In this document: piece by piece, positions 9,847 to 20,243 of the stretch | Layout: the number at the start of each line of letters is the position of its first letter | How positions within the stretch are numbered: position 1 is the stretch's first letter | Source of the DNA: Candidatus Poribacteria bacterium | Lineage (GTDB): Bacteria > Poribacteria > WGA-4E > UBA9662 | Length of the DNA: 64,000 bases | Reading direction: 5' to 3' | NCBI GenBank assembly: GCA_036339735.1 | Contig: JAYZAL010000038.1 | Coordinates: 64,001 to 128,000, forward strand | The notes under the pieces: model-generated | What the model was told of the DNA's origin: nothing | Database searches by the model: none | What the model saw: the letters and a program-made list of their open reading frames with translations, nothing else | Translations under genes and position numbers: made by a program

Positions 9847-10035
9847 TCTGGACAGATTTTTTCGAGTGTGCAAATTTAAATATTATATGCGCCCGTAGAT
9901 GTTACAACTAGTAGTGATTCAAGTTTTTGGGCTGACGTTGAGCCAGTTGCTGTATTTTGATCATTGTTGTGATCTGCTCGGATTCGAAACACTTGATTTT
10001 AAATTTTGACTAACTTGGATCGATTGGAGCCTTGC

Positions 10036-11727
10036 CTATCCTTCTAGTCTGTTTAACACAATTCTTCGCAGGTCCATTACCTGAGAACCGGTCACTTCGA
10101 GAGCTCGAAGCGTCAGCCTTCCGTGGCCAGCTGGGAGTTCAATTTTTCCCAAGCTTAATGGCTTAAAATCTTTGACGTAAGATTCACCACGACGTGGATA
10201 ACGATCGTTTTTTTCACCTATCAAAGGCGGATCATGAGCTATCATCACTTGGCCTTTTAGGCTTTGTTTTTCAAAAGTTATTTCTATAGTAGATCCAACA
10301 TCAACCTCTGAGCATGTGTAATATAGTATGGCTTCATAACTCCCACTGGTACCAACCTGAATATCCCAAGTCATTGCATCATCGATAGACACCCAATTAG
10401 AGAAATATGAGCAATTAGGAGCATTGGCACTTCGCTGAATATTTCCATGTGGTATACCATCTCGTGCAGGAAGCGATGTTGATTGCCAATAACCAACTGT
10501 AAACGGTCGACTATCTTTGATCGGTAAAAGTTCTGCTCGCCAGTCTGCCACCGCCTGATTCAATTCGGATTTAACTTCCGGAAATACATTTGAAACATCA
10601 TTGATTTGGCTAGGGTCATCGGTCATATCATATAATTGACCATTTTGTGCTAGACGAAATCGTTGATTTCGTACACTGATCTGTTCTCGATGGTGTGTGA
10701 AAATTAGCCGTTCTGGCCAATCTGTATCTTGGCCATAAAGCAGTGGTTTCAAACTTCGACCATCTAAGGGTTTATGACCAATCAGATTAATGCTAGTTAA
10801 ATCTGTGAGTGTCGGCAACAAATCAATTCCACTAGATATTTGTTGAATCTGCGTCCCTGCAGGAATTTCACTTGGCCAACGCATTAAACCTGGGACTCTT
10901 ACTCCCCCTTCATCAGTTGATCCTTTAACCCCTTTCATTTGTCCGTTCCATCTGGCACCATTGGGACCGTTATCCCCAAAGTAAAAAATGATAGTGTCAT
11001 CGGTAATACCAAGTCTATCGAGTTGTTCAAGTAATCGTCCTACGTTCCAATCAATATTTTCACAAAGTGCTAGTGCAGCCCTCGTTCTATCAACATTTTC
11101 TTGAGAGGGGTCAGTAGCCATCATACCAATCGTCCGATTTTTGAATTTTTCATAGAATTGATCAGGAACTTGAAACGGAGTATGAGGAATATTGAAGGCG
11201 AGATAACAAAAAAAAGGCTGCGTTGTTTGGCTATAGGTGTTAAAAAAATCGATTGCTCGATTGGTAATTTCGTCCGGTAGGTAGCCTTGCCCGGTAGTAA
11301 ATTGACCGTTGTGTTCAACTTCTGCATCAAAATATTCACCCCAGTGGCCAGAGCAAAACCCAAAGAATTCATCAAACCCACGAGCATTTGGGTGATAAGG
11401 GTGCTGTGTACCATTATGCCATTTACCAAAAGCAGCAGTTGCATAACCGGATGACTTGAAGGTATCAGCAATCGTAACTTCATCAAGGTTAAGCCTTTCT
11501 GCTCCCGTACTTACTCCGTGTACACCCGTCCTTAGATGATACCGACCTGTCAAAAATTCGGCTCTGGTAGGTGCACAAACTGGACAAACATAAAACCGAT
11601 CAAATATAGCCCCATCCCTAGCTAGCGAATCAACGTTTGGTGTTTTCAAATTGGTGTTACCATGAACACTTAAATCTCCCCATCCTTGATCGTCAGTTAG
11701 GATAACAAGTACGTTTGGTCGTTTCAT
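10036..11727 (-). CDS. Arylsulfatase (Cys-type S1 sulfatase) with C-terminal beta-sandwich domain
   Basis: PNVLVILTDDQGWGD, CAPTRAEFLTG, GKWH, PHTP, GDNG. Confidence 0.92.
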   Translation of the reverse strand: MKRPNVLVILTDDQGWGDLSVHGNTNLKTPNVDSLARDGAIFDRFYVCPVCAPTRAEFLTGRYHLRTGVHGVSTGAERLNLDEVTIADTFKSSGYATAAFGKWHNGTQHPYHPNARGFDEFFGFCSGHWGEYFDAEVEHNGQFTTGQGYLPDEITNRAIDFFNTYSQTTQPFFCYLAFNIPHTPFQVPDQFYEKFKNRTIGMMATDPSQENVDRTRAALALCENIDWNVGRLLEQLDRLGITDDTIIFYFGDNGPNGARWNGQMKGVKGSTDEGGVRVPGLMRWPSEIPAGTQIQQISSGIDLLPTLTDLTSINLIGHKPLDGRSLKPLLYGQDTDWPERLIFTHHREQISVRNQRFRLAQNGQLYDMTDDPSQINDVSNVFPEVKSELNQAVADWRAELLPIKDSRPFTVGYWQSTSLPARDGIPHGNIQRSANAPNCSYFSNWVSIDDAMTWDIQVGTSGSYEAILYYTCSEVDVGSTIEITFEKQSLKGQVMIAHDPPLIGEKNDRYPRRGESYVKDFKPLSLGKIELPAGHGRLTLRALEVTGSQVMDLRRIVLNRLEG

Positions 11728-11888
11728 TTATTGTCTCCATGGAATATAACAGCAGCCGTAGGCTAACGGATCTTTGGTCTTGCAATCTACCGATAATACG
11801 GTATCATAGCTAACATTCTCCAGTATGCAATCAATCTATCCGACTCTATAAAAAAATGCAAGTTAATAAATAGTTGAGGGAAATAAAT

Positions 11889-12965
11889 ATGCGTATGTAT
11901 TCACCCATCAAAACACCGATCCGCATCGGCTTGATCGGTTGTGGTGGTATTGTACAGCAAGCTCATCTACCAGCGCTCAGAATACTTTCGGATATGGCAT
12001 TAGTTCACGTTACAGCACTGGCCGATCCTATGATTTCTAACTTGAATGCTATTGACAATCAGATTAGTGTCCCACAGAAACATCATTATACCGATTACCG
12101 ACAGATGCTAGATAGAAGCGATTTAGATTTGGTTATCATTGCTACACCCCACCATCTTCATGCCCAACAATCAATCGAGGCCTTATCAGCTCAAGTTTCA
12201 GTAATATGTGAAAAACCAATGGCAACCAATTTAGACGATGCTGATCAAATTTTGAGTATAGCAGACAAAAACGGACTTCCTTACACCGTCGTACACAATT
12301 TTCTATTTTCGTCCGTCTCTCGTCGGGCAATGCGATTACTGGAAGAAGATTTTGAAGACCGGGTATTTGGCCGATCTAAGTCTTTATTTGCTAAGCCAGC
12401 TAGTGCAACGGATACGGCCTTCTGGAGAAATCAATACTCAGCAGGTGGGGGGGCCCTTGCCGATACCTGTTACCACGAAATTTACTTGTTGGAAAATATG
12501 ATAGGTAGCCCCGTTCGCTACGTGGAAGGACGTGTTAAAACTGCTTTTTTCAATTTCGATGTTGATGATATTGCACTCCTACTGTTGGAACATGAAAATG
12601 GTGCCGTTTCTACGGTGATGACTTCTTGGGGGGCATCTAGCGGGCAAGGGGACGCAACCAATATGTGCGAGGTTCACACGCAAGGAGATGGATTAAGAAT
12701 CGTTTCTCGTGGCCAATCACTACACCGTTTTTGCCGTTCTGATCATCAATGGAAAGAAGTTCAAGTTCCTGACTTACCGTATCTGACCAAATCATCAAGA
12801 TCGTTTGAAGGGCATACTGGTTACTTTGTAGAGACCATTCAGGCACTGGTCAACGGGAACGGTTTGCCAATTACTGGACAAAAAGCCCGACAAAATCTGG
12901 CTATTATAGAAGGAGTTAGGAAAGCTAGTAGTGAGAGAAAATGTGTTGATCTCCAGAGAGTGTGA
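11889..12965 (+). CDS. Gfo/Idh/MocA family oxidoreductase
   Basis: IGLIGCGGI, IATPHHLH, CEKPMA, GGGALADTCYH. ATG at 11889 after GAGGG. Confidence 0.9.
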   Translation: MRMYSPIKTPIRIGLIGCGGIVQQAHLPALRILSDMALVHVTALADPMISNLNAIDNQISVPQKHHYTDYRQMLDRSDLDLVIIATPHHLHAQQSIEALSAQVSVICEKPMATNLDDADQILSIADKNGLPYTVVHNFLFSSVSRRAMRLLEEDFEDRVFGRSKSLFAKPASATDTAFWRNQYSAGGGALADTCYHEIYLLENMIGSPVRYVEGRVKTAFFNFDVDDIALLLLEHENGAVSTVMTSWGASSGQGDATNMCEVHTQGDGLRIVSRGQSLHRFCRSDHQWKEVQVPDLPYLTKSSRSFEGHTGYFVETIQALVNGNGLPITGQKARQNLAIIEGVRKASSERKCVDLQRV

Positions 12966-13006
12966 TGTTATCGAAAGTCTAAAAAAATAATGAAGGAATA
13001 ATTATT

Positions 13007-13594
13007 GTGGTACGAACAGCGGACATCGAAAGAAATACTAACGAAACAAAGATAAGGCTCAACCTTAGCTTGGACGGAACTGGTCGTTCATCTATACAGA
13101 CTGGAGTCGGTTTCCTAGATCATATGCTAGAATCACTAGCGAAACACGGTTTTTTTGACTTGGATATTACTGCTGAGGGTGATCTACATATTGACGACCA
13201 CCATACGGTTGAGGATGTTGGAATCTGTTTGGGCTTGGCATTTCAGAAAGCTACTGGAGACAAGTCAGGTATACGAAGATTTGGTAGTTTCAATGTCCCG
13301 ATGTATGAATCTTTAGCTCAGGTTGATCTCGATCTGTGCGGCCGATCGTATCTACACTACCAAACTCCGTTACTAGGTGGTAAAGTGGGTACATTTGACG
13401 TGGAATTGGCAGAGGAATTTTTTCATGGCTTTGCTAACTCAAGTGGTACAACCTTACATATAAATGTGCCTTATGGGAAAAACCAGCATCATATTATCGA
13501 AGGTATATTTAAAGCTTTTGCTAAAAGTCTAGATCTTGCAACCTCGATTGATCAGCGGCTGAATGGTGTTCTTTCAACAAAGGGGAGTTTGTAA
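13007..13594 (+). CDS. hisB: Imidazoleglycerol-phosphate dehydratase
   Basis: RNTNETKI, TGVGFLDHML, GDLHIDDHHTVEDVG, NQHHIIEGIFKA, STKGSL. Confidence 0.97.
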   Translation: MVRTADIERNTNETKIRLNLSLDGTGRSSIQTGVGFLDHMLESLAKHGFFDLDITAEGDLHIDDHHTVEDVGICLGLAFQKATGDKSGIRRFGSFNVPMYESLAQVDLDLCGRSYLHYQTPLLGGKVGTFDVELAEEFFHGFANSSGTTLHINVPYGKNQHHIIEGIFKAFAKSLDLATSIDQRLNGVLSTKGSL

Positions 13595-13611
13595 ATTTCA
13601 GGTCTAATTTT

Positions 13612-14361
13612 GTGTCCACAGAACAGAGAAAACAGGTAATAACAGTATCCGACCGATTAATTTCGATTGCTCACTTTTGTCCCAGAGGGTCTAAGGTCGT
13701 CGATGTTGGTTCTGGACATGGAAAGCTTGCCCTATACCTACGTCAAACTAAAATTGCCGATTATGTAATTGCAGTGGAACTTAACCAGGATCCACTCAAT
13801 CGTATTGAGCAACTAATTAATTCTAGAAATCCCCAACAAATTAATATAGATGTTCGTTCAGGAGATGGACTACAACCTGTTCAAGCTGATGAGATGGAAA
13901 TCGTTTGCTTGGCCGGCTTAAGTTCTTCTACTATTGTTAAAATTCTAGAAGCAGCTAAAAACAAGTTAAACCAAACTAAGCGACTCATATTACAACCAAT
14001 AGCAAAGCCTGAAGAATTACGATATTGGCTGATAACCAATGGATGGGAATTAATTGATGAGCAGATAGTTGCAGGCCAATCGCTTCGCTTGTCTAAAATT
14101 CATACCATTTTGGTTGCTGAGCCCGGAAAGTCTTTGTGTGTGTATAAGGAGGCCAACCTAGAACATGATGACCTAGTTTATGTCGGCCCAATTTTGTGGA
14201 AACGCCGCGAACCTCTTCTACATTACAAATTGCGACAAGAACAACAACACTGGAAAGAAGCCTTAGAGACCATTCTGAAAGCTGACCTGAATCATCCTAC
14301 AAGACGAGACCAAATCATTAGCCGAATCGAATGGCTGGAATTCCTAATTAACAAGTGGTAG
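13612..14361 (+). CDS. trmK: tRNA (adenine(22)-N1)-methyltransferase TrmK-like
   Basis: RLISIA, DVGSGHGKL, GDGL, LAGL, LILQP..LRYWL...GW...DE. Confidence 0.8.
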   Translation: MSTEQRKQVITVSDRLISIAHFCPRGSKVVDVGSGHGKLALYLRQTKIADYVIAVELNQDPLNRIEQLINSRNPQQINIDVRSGDGLQPVQADEMEIVCLAGLSSSTIVKILEAAKNKLNQTKRLILQPIAKPEELRYWLITNGWELIDEQIVAGQSLRLSKIHTILVAEPGKSLCVYKEANLEHDDLVYVGPILWKRREPLLHYKLRQEQQHWKEALETILKADLNHPTRRDQIISRIEWLEFLINKW

Positions 14362-14708
14362 GTCATCAAATGAAACTAGTAGATTGTACAGAAAGAGAAA
14401 ATTGAAGATTCATATTGCTCTTGGCATCATGATACAAAATGCAGAAATTTATTAAAAATACATCGATTAAGTATCGACTGCCATCGCTAAATAATATAGT
14501 AGCCGGCAATTAATCGGAACTGGTAGTATTTTTTCAATGTGAGTGAGTGGTTAAACCCAAGACTAGTACTTTTTAAAATAGAGTTTCTTAAACAAGAAAG
14601 ATCAAAAAGATTGAAAGAATTGGAGGCATGTAAGGCCGTCAGAAAAATCAGTGTAGCGCTGGAGTCATATTTTTTCGGACGTTTTGGCCGACGACACATC
14701 GAATAACT

Positions 14709-15431
14709 ATGTTGAATATCGCAGAATTGAAATCATTCGAATTGAACGGATATCATGTTATTGATAATTTACTGAGTAGGAATCTTTTGGAGCAAACACG
14801 TGAAACTTTCGATCGGCTAGAAAGCTACCGTAACCTGCTCGATTTAGATGGTTTTTTTTTGCAGATAGCAAACCATCCAGACTTATATTCGGCCATTGCT
14901 TCTATTCTCAATTCTCCTCCCCAATTACTCCAATTTGATGGCATTAACCGACAACAGGGACAGGGAGATCAAACGTGGCATGCAGATTTCTTTTTTCATT
15001 GTGACCGCCCATTAATGCTCAACGTCGGGATTTATTTAGATGATTTAGAGCTAAATAACGGACCATTGTATGTAGTTCCTGAATCACACCATTTTGGCAA
15101 AACTCCTCCATCAAACAGCGATCACTTGCCTAACCAATTAAGCCTTACCGTTTCAGCTGGCAGTGCAGTAATTTTCGATTGTGCTTTATGGCATAGAGGT
15201 GGAGGTAATGTTTCTGATCAACCACGACGTGCTATTTTTCCCACTTACGGTCATTATTGGATGAAGCGATTTGAGTCTTGGATGCCAGAACCAACTTCTA
15301 TGCGTTTTCCTAATGCTGATACAGCAGAATTGAGAACCTTACTCGGCATCAGCTTGGAGGAACCAAGTGCTTACTCTGGTTATGACGAAAAATTAATGGT
15401 TAGAAAAGACTCAGACGGTAACTGGATTTAG
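14709..15431 (+). CDS. PhyH family Fe(II)/2OG dioxygenase
   Basis: NGY, WHAD, NGPLYVVPESH, GSAVIFDCALWHRGG..R. Confidence 0.88.
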   Translation: MLNIAELKSFELNGYHVIDNLLSRNLLEQTRETFDRLESYRNLLDLDGFFLQIANHPDLYSAIASILNSPPQLLQFDGINRQQGQGDQTWHADFFFHCDRPLMLNVGIYLDDLELNNGPLYVVPESHHFGKTPPSNSDHLPNQLSLTVSAGSAVIFDCALWHRGGGNVSDQPRRAIFPTYGHYWMKRFESWMPEPTSMRFPNADTAELRTLLGISLEEPSAYSGYDEKLMVRKDSDGNWI

Positions 15432-15502
15432 TAGATAAATAGTCAAATTCCATTTACATTTACTTACGATGGAGTGCGATATGTCTTCAGAAAGTATCTG
15501 TA

Positions 15503-16912
15503 CTATCTTAGGTGTGGTAAACAATTTGGTGTTGCTTGTCCCAAGACTCGTAATTTTTGGCCATTTGTAAACCCTTCAGGTCTATTGTGAAGTTGGTTGG
15601 CTAGAATGGTTCGCCAGCGCTTTATTTCATTTTGATGGCACGATTCAGTGGCTAAATTTATCGTTTCATTGGGATCATTAATTAGATCAAAATAATGTTC
15701 CTCACCGGTTCCAGGATACCAGATATATTTGGTTTGCCCATCGGTTAAATATTGTTGACCGCTGTTGAGTGTCGGTACTTGGGCGCATTCACCGTGTACA
15801 TATTCTCGCCAATTAGCGCTTTGGTTTTGAATGATTGTAAGAAGGCTTATACCATCCACACTTTGGGGTATTTTTACACCTGCTAAATCTAAACAAGTCG
15901 GCATAATATCCATTAGCTCTACTGGATGATTTAAGACTTGCTCCTGTGGGAATTTAAAACTCTGAGGGAACTGCATAAAAAACGGTACACGGGCAGAAGA
16001 CTCGAAGGCATTCCTTTTTCGAATCCACTGATGATCGCCCAACATTTCTCCGTGATCGGAAACAAAAATAATCACGGTTTCTTTGGGTAGAATCTCCAAA
16101 ATCCGTCCAACTTGGTCATCAATATGGTTAATACAACCGTAATATCCAGCTTGCATCTGCTTTTGGACTGTGTCATCTAGGCACACACGCCAAGAATTGA
16201 CAGGTAAACCCTTTTGTGGCTGGTCGAAAATTTTGGCCCAACTACCAACTACTGGTTTGGGTAAGTTCATTTGTATATATCGATTAAAATAGACAGATGG
16301 TGGAGTCAGTGGTTGATGTGGTTGATGGAAACTGACTTTCAGAAAGAACGGTACTGTCGGGTCCCGACGTTCTAGGAAATTAATAGCACGATCGGCACAC
16401 CAATTAGTGAAGTGAAACCTTTCTTCTAAGTGAAATGGTCGGGCCGTGTACCCATTCTGACTGGTTCCATGAGCAAGACCGGACCTTGGCTGATTGAGAC
16501 CGTTTTGGATTAGAAATCTTTCATAATCATCAAAGACTGGATGTGGTCTCGGGCTATCAGCCCAATCAGATGAGCAAAAACCGTACAATTTACGTGGTGG
16601 GCTGAGGTGTAATTTCCCTACTAAATGAGTTTGATAACCAACTTTAGATAGTTCGCCAGGAAGTGTCGGTCCGGAGAGTGGAGCGTGATGATTCATGAAG
16701 ACCCCGTGTGAGCTAGCCTTTTGACCGGTCATTAACGTACGTCGAGCCGCTACGCAGACGGGACAGGCACTATACCCTCTTCGAAATCGAATGCCACGAC
16801 TAGCAATTTGATCCAAGTAGGGCGTTTGTAAGACAGAGTGTCCATCGACCCCCAAACAATCTCCCCTTTGCTGATCAGTGACTAACAATAAGATATTAGG
16901 TTTTTTCGTCAT
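15503..16912 (-). CDS. Sulfatase (S1 family) with a CxAxR variant motif
   Basis: PNILLLVTDQQR, ACPVCVAARRTLMTG, GKLH, PHQP, SDHGEMLGDH. Confidence 0.9.
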   Translation of the reverse strand: MTKKPNILLLVTDQQRGDCLGVDGHSVLQTPYLDQIASRGIRFRRGYSACPVCVAARRTLMTGQKASSHGVFMNHHAPLSGPTLPGELSKVGYQTHLVGKLHLSPPRKLYGFCSSDWADSPRPHPVFDDYERFLIQNGLNQPRSGLAHGTSQNGYTARPFHLEERFHFTNWCADRAINFLERRDPTVPFFLKVSFHQPHQPLTPPSVYFNRYIQMNLPKPVVGSWAKIFDQPQKGLPVNSWRVCLDDTVQKQMQAGYYGCINHIDDQVGRILEILPKETVIIFVSDHGEMLGDHQWIRKRNAFESSARVPFFMQFPQSFKFPQEQVLNHPVELMDIMPTCLDLAGVKIPQSVDGISLLTIIQNQSANWREYVHGECAQVPTLNSGQQYLTDGQTKYIWYPGTGEEHYFDLINDPNETINLATESCHQNEIKRWRTILANQLHNRPEGFTNGQKLRVLGQATPNCLPHLR

Positions 16913-16929
16913 CTTTTTTTATTGGATAG

Positions 16930-18990
16930 TTAGTCAATCGGCTGGATACGACAGCCATACCAACTCCAAGTTCTTCCTTTTGAATATACAATTTGGGTTA
17001 GTTGTTTTTCCGTGATTGTTATATTGTAGTTCTGTTCAATAATATCATCACTGGTTCTTCTTTGATTTTTTTGGGAAATTCCGTTGGCGATTACACCAAT
17101 CGATCGTCTATCAGTCTGAAAAAAGTTAGTCACGTTATATCTCCCATTCGGCAACGCTACTCTAAATACGCCATCTGTCTTGGCGGTCCCAGAAATCGAG
17201 TCAGCCAACAAGGGTGTTACAAACTGCCTATTACTAACAGTTGCAGTCAATTTACCTTCCGTGATCCAGCCATAACAATGTTCGTAGTTTTCATAACGGC
17301 TGATAGGAGAAATTTCAACCGAACCGTCTAGCGAAACCGATTGGTCTGGTTGAAAATCAAAGATCAATGGTCTATTGTCTGATTGATTATGCCACCACCA
17401 GTGGATATTAGGGATAGGTTCTTTTAGCTGATATAACGTATAGCGTGGAGCAACATGAAGACAATTGTAAGAGTTCCTAAGTACTACCCGTTCTAAATTA
17501 TCAATACCCTCTTTAGTCATTCTCCAAGCCAACACATAATCGGCTGGACGAGGATACGAGGTTTTTGGTCCAGAGTATGGGCGACTACTCATCTGATAAC
17601 GATAGTTAACCGGAAAATAATCGAATGCAGCTTCGTAGTTTCTCAGTAAAGCTACTTGGTTATTTAAGCAATAGTAGCTACCGACATGAATAAAAGGCTT
17701 AACATATTCAATCACCCCAAGCGATTCTGAAAATTTCTGGCCTGGTTTATCTAAGTAAAGTACAACTGTCTTGTTTTCTTCAATTAATCCAACACTTTTG
17801 GTCATTTCGGCAATTTCTCGGTCTAGAGCCAAATTATCATGAATAGTATAAGATAAATGCCATAAGGAAAGGCCTAATAAAATAACCATTACGATATTTT
17901 TTAAATAACGATGAAGAGTAACAGTTAGAAATGGTAATAACAACAGAACAAGATAAATATGGACACGGTCGTTAATCCAGCCACCACCAGATTGAATATT
18001 ATTAGGTGAAATATAGTAGATAATGGTGAATAGAATAAATATGACAAAAAATGAGTCAGTTAATTGTAGGCTGAACCTTGATTGCTCTAAAAAATGTTTG
18101 GCAATACTTTTTACTCTTTGCCATAAAGTAAGAAAAAATAAGAAAAATAGCAGCCCGAAGAGTAGCCTACCGATCCAAATGTGGTCCTCCCGAAAATATA
18201 CCAATGATTTCAAGTTAAAAAAGTATTCGTTTAGCCAAGCTAATTTCCGGTAATTCTTACCATATCCACTCGTTTTTGTTAGGTAGTAGGTCAGGGAAAC
18301 TACATAAAACGGTAATATGTAGCCGACAAATCGCAATAAAGTTAATAGACGTTCAAAAATGAGTGCTGACCATCTTTCCGGCCAGAGTAGAGATCGTAGA
18401 CCAGCCAAAACTGAAATAGAAATTACGAGTAGTAAAAAGGACTGAAAATGGCTGAAATACGTCAGCATCAACAGTATGTAAAAGATCAATAATCGTTTGA
18501 AAGTCAATTTAGAAAAATGTTTCCACCAATATCCAAGTGTAGAAAAAAAAATAGGTATACTGAGCGAAAAATTATAAAAACCCATCATTAGTAGATAGTG
18601 GTAGGAGTAAACTAAACCGACAAGCGCAAAAAGTATTTTTCGTTTGTCAATTGAGTGTAGGAAATAGAGTAGAGATAGTGGCAGACCAAGTACACACAGA
18701 CTCAAAATAATTTTCTCACAAATTAGTGGTGGAAAAACGTACATTAGTAAAGCCATCAGGAGGTGTCCACTCCAGTTTGGGAAAGGGCTCCAATTTAACT
18801 GGTAAACATCTCGAATACGAAAATTATGGTGGTGGTGATATGTTTTGAATACTTGTGCATTATAAATGTGGCTAGGACCATCCTGACTTGGAAAATATGT
18901 AACCATCCAGACAGGTAACAAATGAACCGCTAGTAGACTCACAGCAAATAGATATTTGATCGACTGACTTGGCTGTTGGTTCACACGCAT
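16930..18990 (-). CDS. Polytopic membrane protein (GT-C-like N-terminus) with C-terminal beta-sandwich/carbohydrate-binding-like domain
   Basis: About 11-12 hydrophobic segments; PSQDGPSH after TM1; MGFYNF; C-terminal FDFQP...YGW...FRVALPNGRYNVT. ATG at 18990 avoids overlap with the upstream gene; the track gives 19074. Confidence 0.6.
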   Translation of the reverse strand: MRVNQQPSQSIKYLFAVSLLAVHLLPVWMVTYFPSQDGPSHIYNAQVFKTYHHHHNFRIRDVYQLNWSPFPNWSGHLLMALLMYVFPPLICEKIILSLCVLGLPLSLLYFLHSIDKRKILFALVGLVYSYHYLLMMGFYNFSLSIPIFFSTLGYWWKHFSKLTFKRLLIFYILLMLTYFSHFQSFLLLVISISVLAGLRSLLWPERWSALIFERLLTLLRFVGYILPFYVVSLTYYLTKTSGYGKNYRKLAWLNEYFFNLKSLVYFREDHIWIGRLLFGLLFFLFFLTLWQRVKSIAKHFLEQSRFSLQLTDSFFVIFILFTIIYYISPNNIQSGGGWINDRVHIYLVLLLLPFLTVTLHRYLKNIVMVILLGLSLWHLSYTIHDNLALDREIAEMTKSVGLIEENKTVVLYLDKPGQKFSESLGVIEYVKPFIHVGSYYCLNNQVALLRNYEAAFDYFPVNYRYQMSSRPYSGPKTSYPRPADYVLAWRMTKEGIDNLERVVLRNSYNCLHVAPRYTLYQLKEPIPNIHWWWHNQSDNRPLIFDFQPDQSVSLDGSVEISPISRYENYEHCYGWITEGKLTATVSNRQFVTPLLADSISGTAKTDGVFRVALPNGRYNVTNFFQTDRRSIGVIANGISQKNQRRTSDDIIEQNYNITITEKQLTQIVYSKGRTWSWYGCRIQPID

Positions 18991-18994
18991 TATG

Positions 18995-19861
18995 TTAATC
19001 GATTTTTTTAAGAGCTTGGCGGTCTTCCTCGATCCACCTTTGCCATAATTCAGATTCGGGAATCGTAGCATCAACCTGACGAGAAAAGATCAGATCGTCA
19101 ATACCGAACATGCGCATTAATCGACGATCATTATTAACTTGAGCCATCCGGAGAATTTTTTTCGTATTGGGACCACTATGATGATCTCGATGGGGTAAGT
19201 AGCTTTTATTGTAGAATCGACTCAGAAAATAACGGGGATCTGTACTGAAATTTGGTGAAGCAGCATGAATCAAAGCGGAATGGATTATAACAACATCACC
19301 TATTTGAGGGTAAATTAGTTGTTCTTTTGTTTGAGCGTGAAACTGTTTTTGTACTAGGTCAAGATTTCGGTGTGAATTTGGTAAAACTCGAAGTGGTCCT
19401 ACATCCTGATCTACATTTTGAAAATAAGTTAGAACATTACAAGCATGAGGAGGTTGATATGATTTTGTTTGACCTACCGATAAAGCCCACATATCCCGAT
19501 GCCAATTTCGCGTTTCGACTTTCACTTGTTTTTTTTCAGCTGGTTCGGTTAGGTTAATTCGTAGGCTTTCCAATTGGATGAAGGGACCCATAAGAATTTC
19601 TAGAAGGCTTAAAATGGAAGCGTTTGTGACTGCCGGCAGCATGACTTCAGGTGCATGCTCCACTAAATTATCTAATACGATTTGTCTACCCAGCCCATAC
19701 TGGGCTGGTCGGTGAATTGGTTCAATTTTCTGAATTAACTGGTGAAAAGTATTCTTCCAAATCTCTACTTCATTCCGACCAATTAAGTCTTCAACTATTA
19801 CATATCCATCCTCACAGAACTGCTGGTAATATTCGTTATTGATTGTTGTCATTTCCAGCAT
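18995..19861 (-). CDS. PhyH family Fe(II)/2OG dioxygenase
   Basis: EDGYVIV, WHRD, GPLRVLPNSH, GDVVIIHSALIHAAS..R. Start is 19861 or 19852. Confidence 0.87.
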   Translation of the reverse strand: MLEMTTINNEYYQQFCEDGYVIVEDLIGRNEVEIWKNTFHQLIQKIEPIHRPAQYGLGRQIVLDNLVEHAPEVMLPAVTNASILSLLEILMGPFIQLESLRINLTEPAEKKQVKVETRNWHRDMWALSVGQTKSYQPPHACNVLTYFQNVDQDVGPLRVLPNSHRNLDLVQKQFHAQTKEQLIYPQIGDVVIIHSALIHAASPNFSTDPRYFLSRFYNKSYLPHRDHHSGPNTKKILRMAQVNNDRRLMRMFGIDDLIFSRQVDATIPESELWQRWIEEDRQALKKID

Positions 19862-20243
19862 AATTGATCCAGTAATCTCTTGGTGTTGTCTTCTAACACT
19901 TTCTATCATAAGAGAGGCCTCATAACGAGTCAACACAAAATGGAAAGTGATAATAACCCAAGTACTCATAAAACTCATTTAACTAAGCATTATATTTGTA
20001 TTTCAAGGTAAGAAACTGGTTGTCAAGTTACCAGAAACAAATAATAGATTTATTACTGTTTATTATTTTTACTCCTAGCTAGCCGGTTGTAGTCATTTTT
20101 ATCAAAACCTAACTTGGACGAGATTCAGTTGCAACTCAAACTTGTCTAATATGCTTTGCTAGTTGTGTTTTTTTATTTACAATTATGACTCTTTTTTTTA
20201 TAATCTCCCATATATGGCTTGAAATCACAGGAGAATAATTCAA

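Noticed and set aside
9980-9990. GGATTCGAAAC, resembling a reverse tRNA T-loop
   Set aside because: No T-stem pairing or cloverleaf around it.
14370-14708. Short ORF MKLVDCTEREN after trmK as a possible Nif3 remnant; ORF 14487..14699
   Set aside because: No Nif3 motifs recovered in the frames read; the reverse ORF is low-complexity and has no other support.
18990-19074. Apparent long gene overlaps from the track's upstream starts (19074, 42243, 52759) and the early nfeD start at 61368
   Set aside because: Downstream starts remove the overlaps or fit the promoter and RBS better; these are longest-ORF artefacts.
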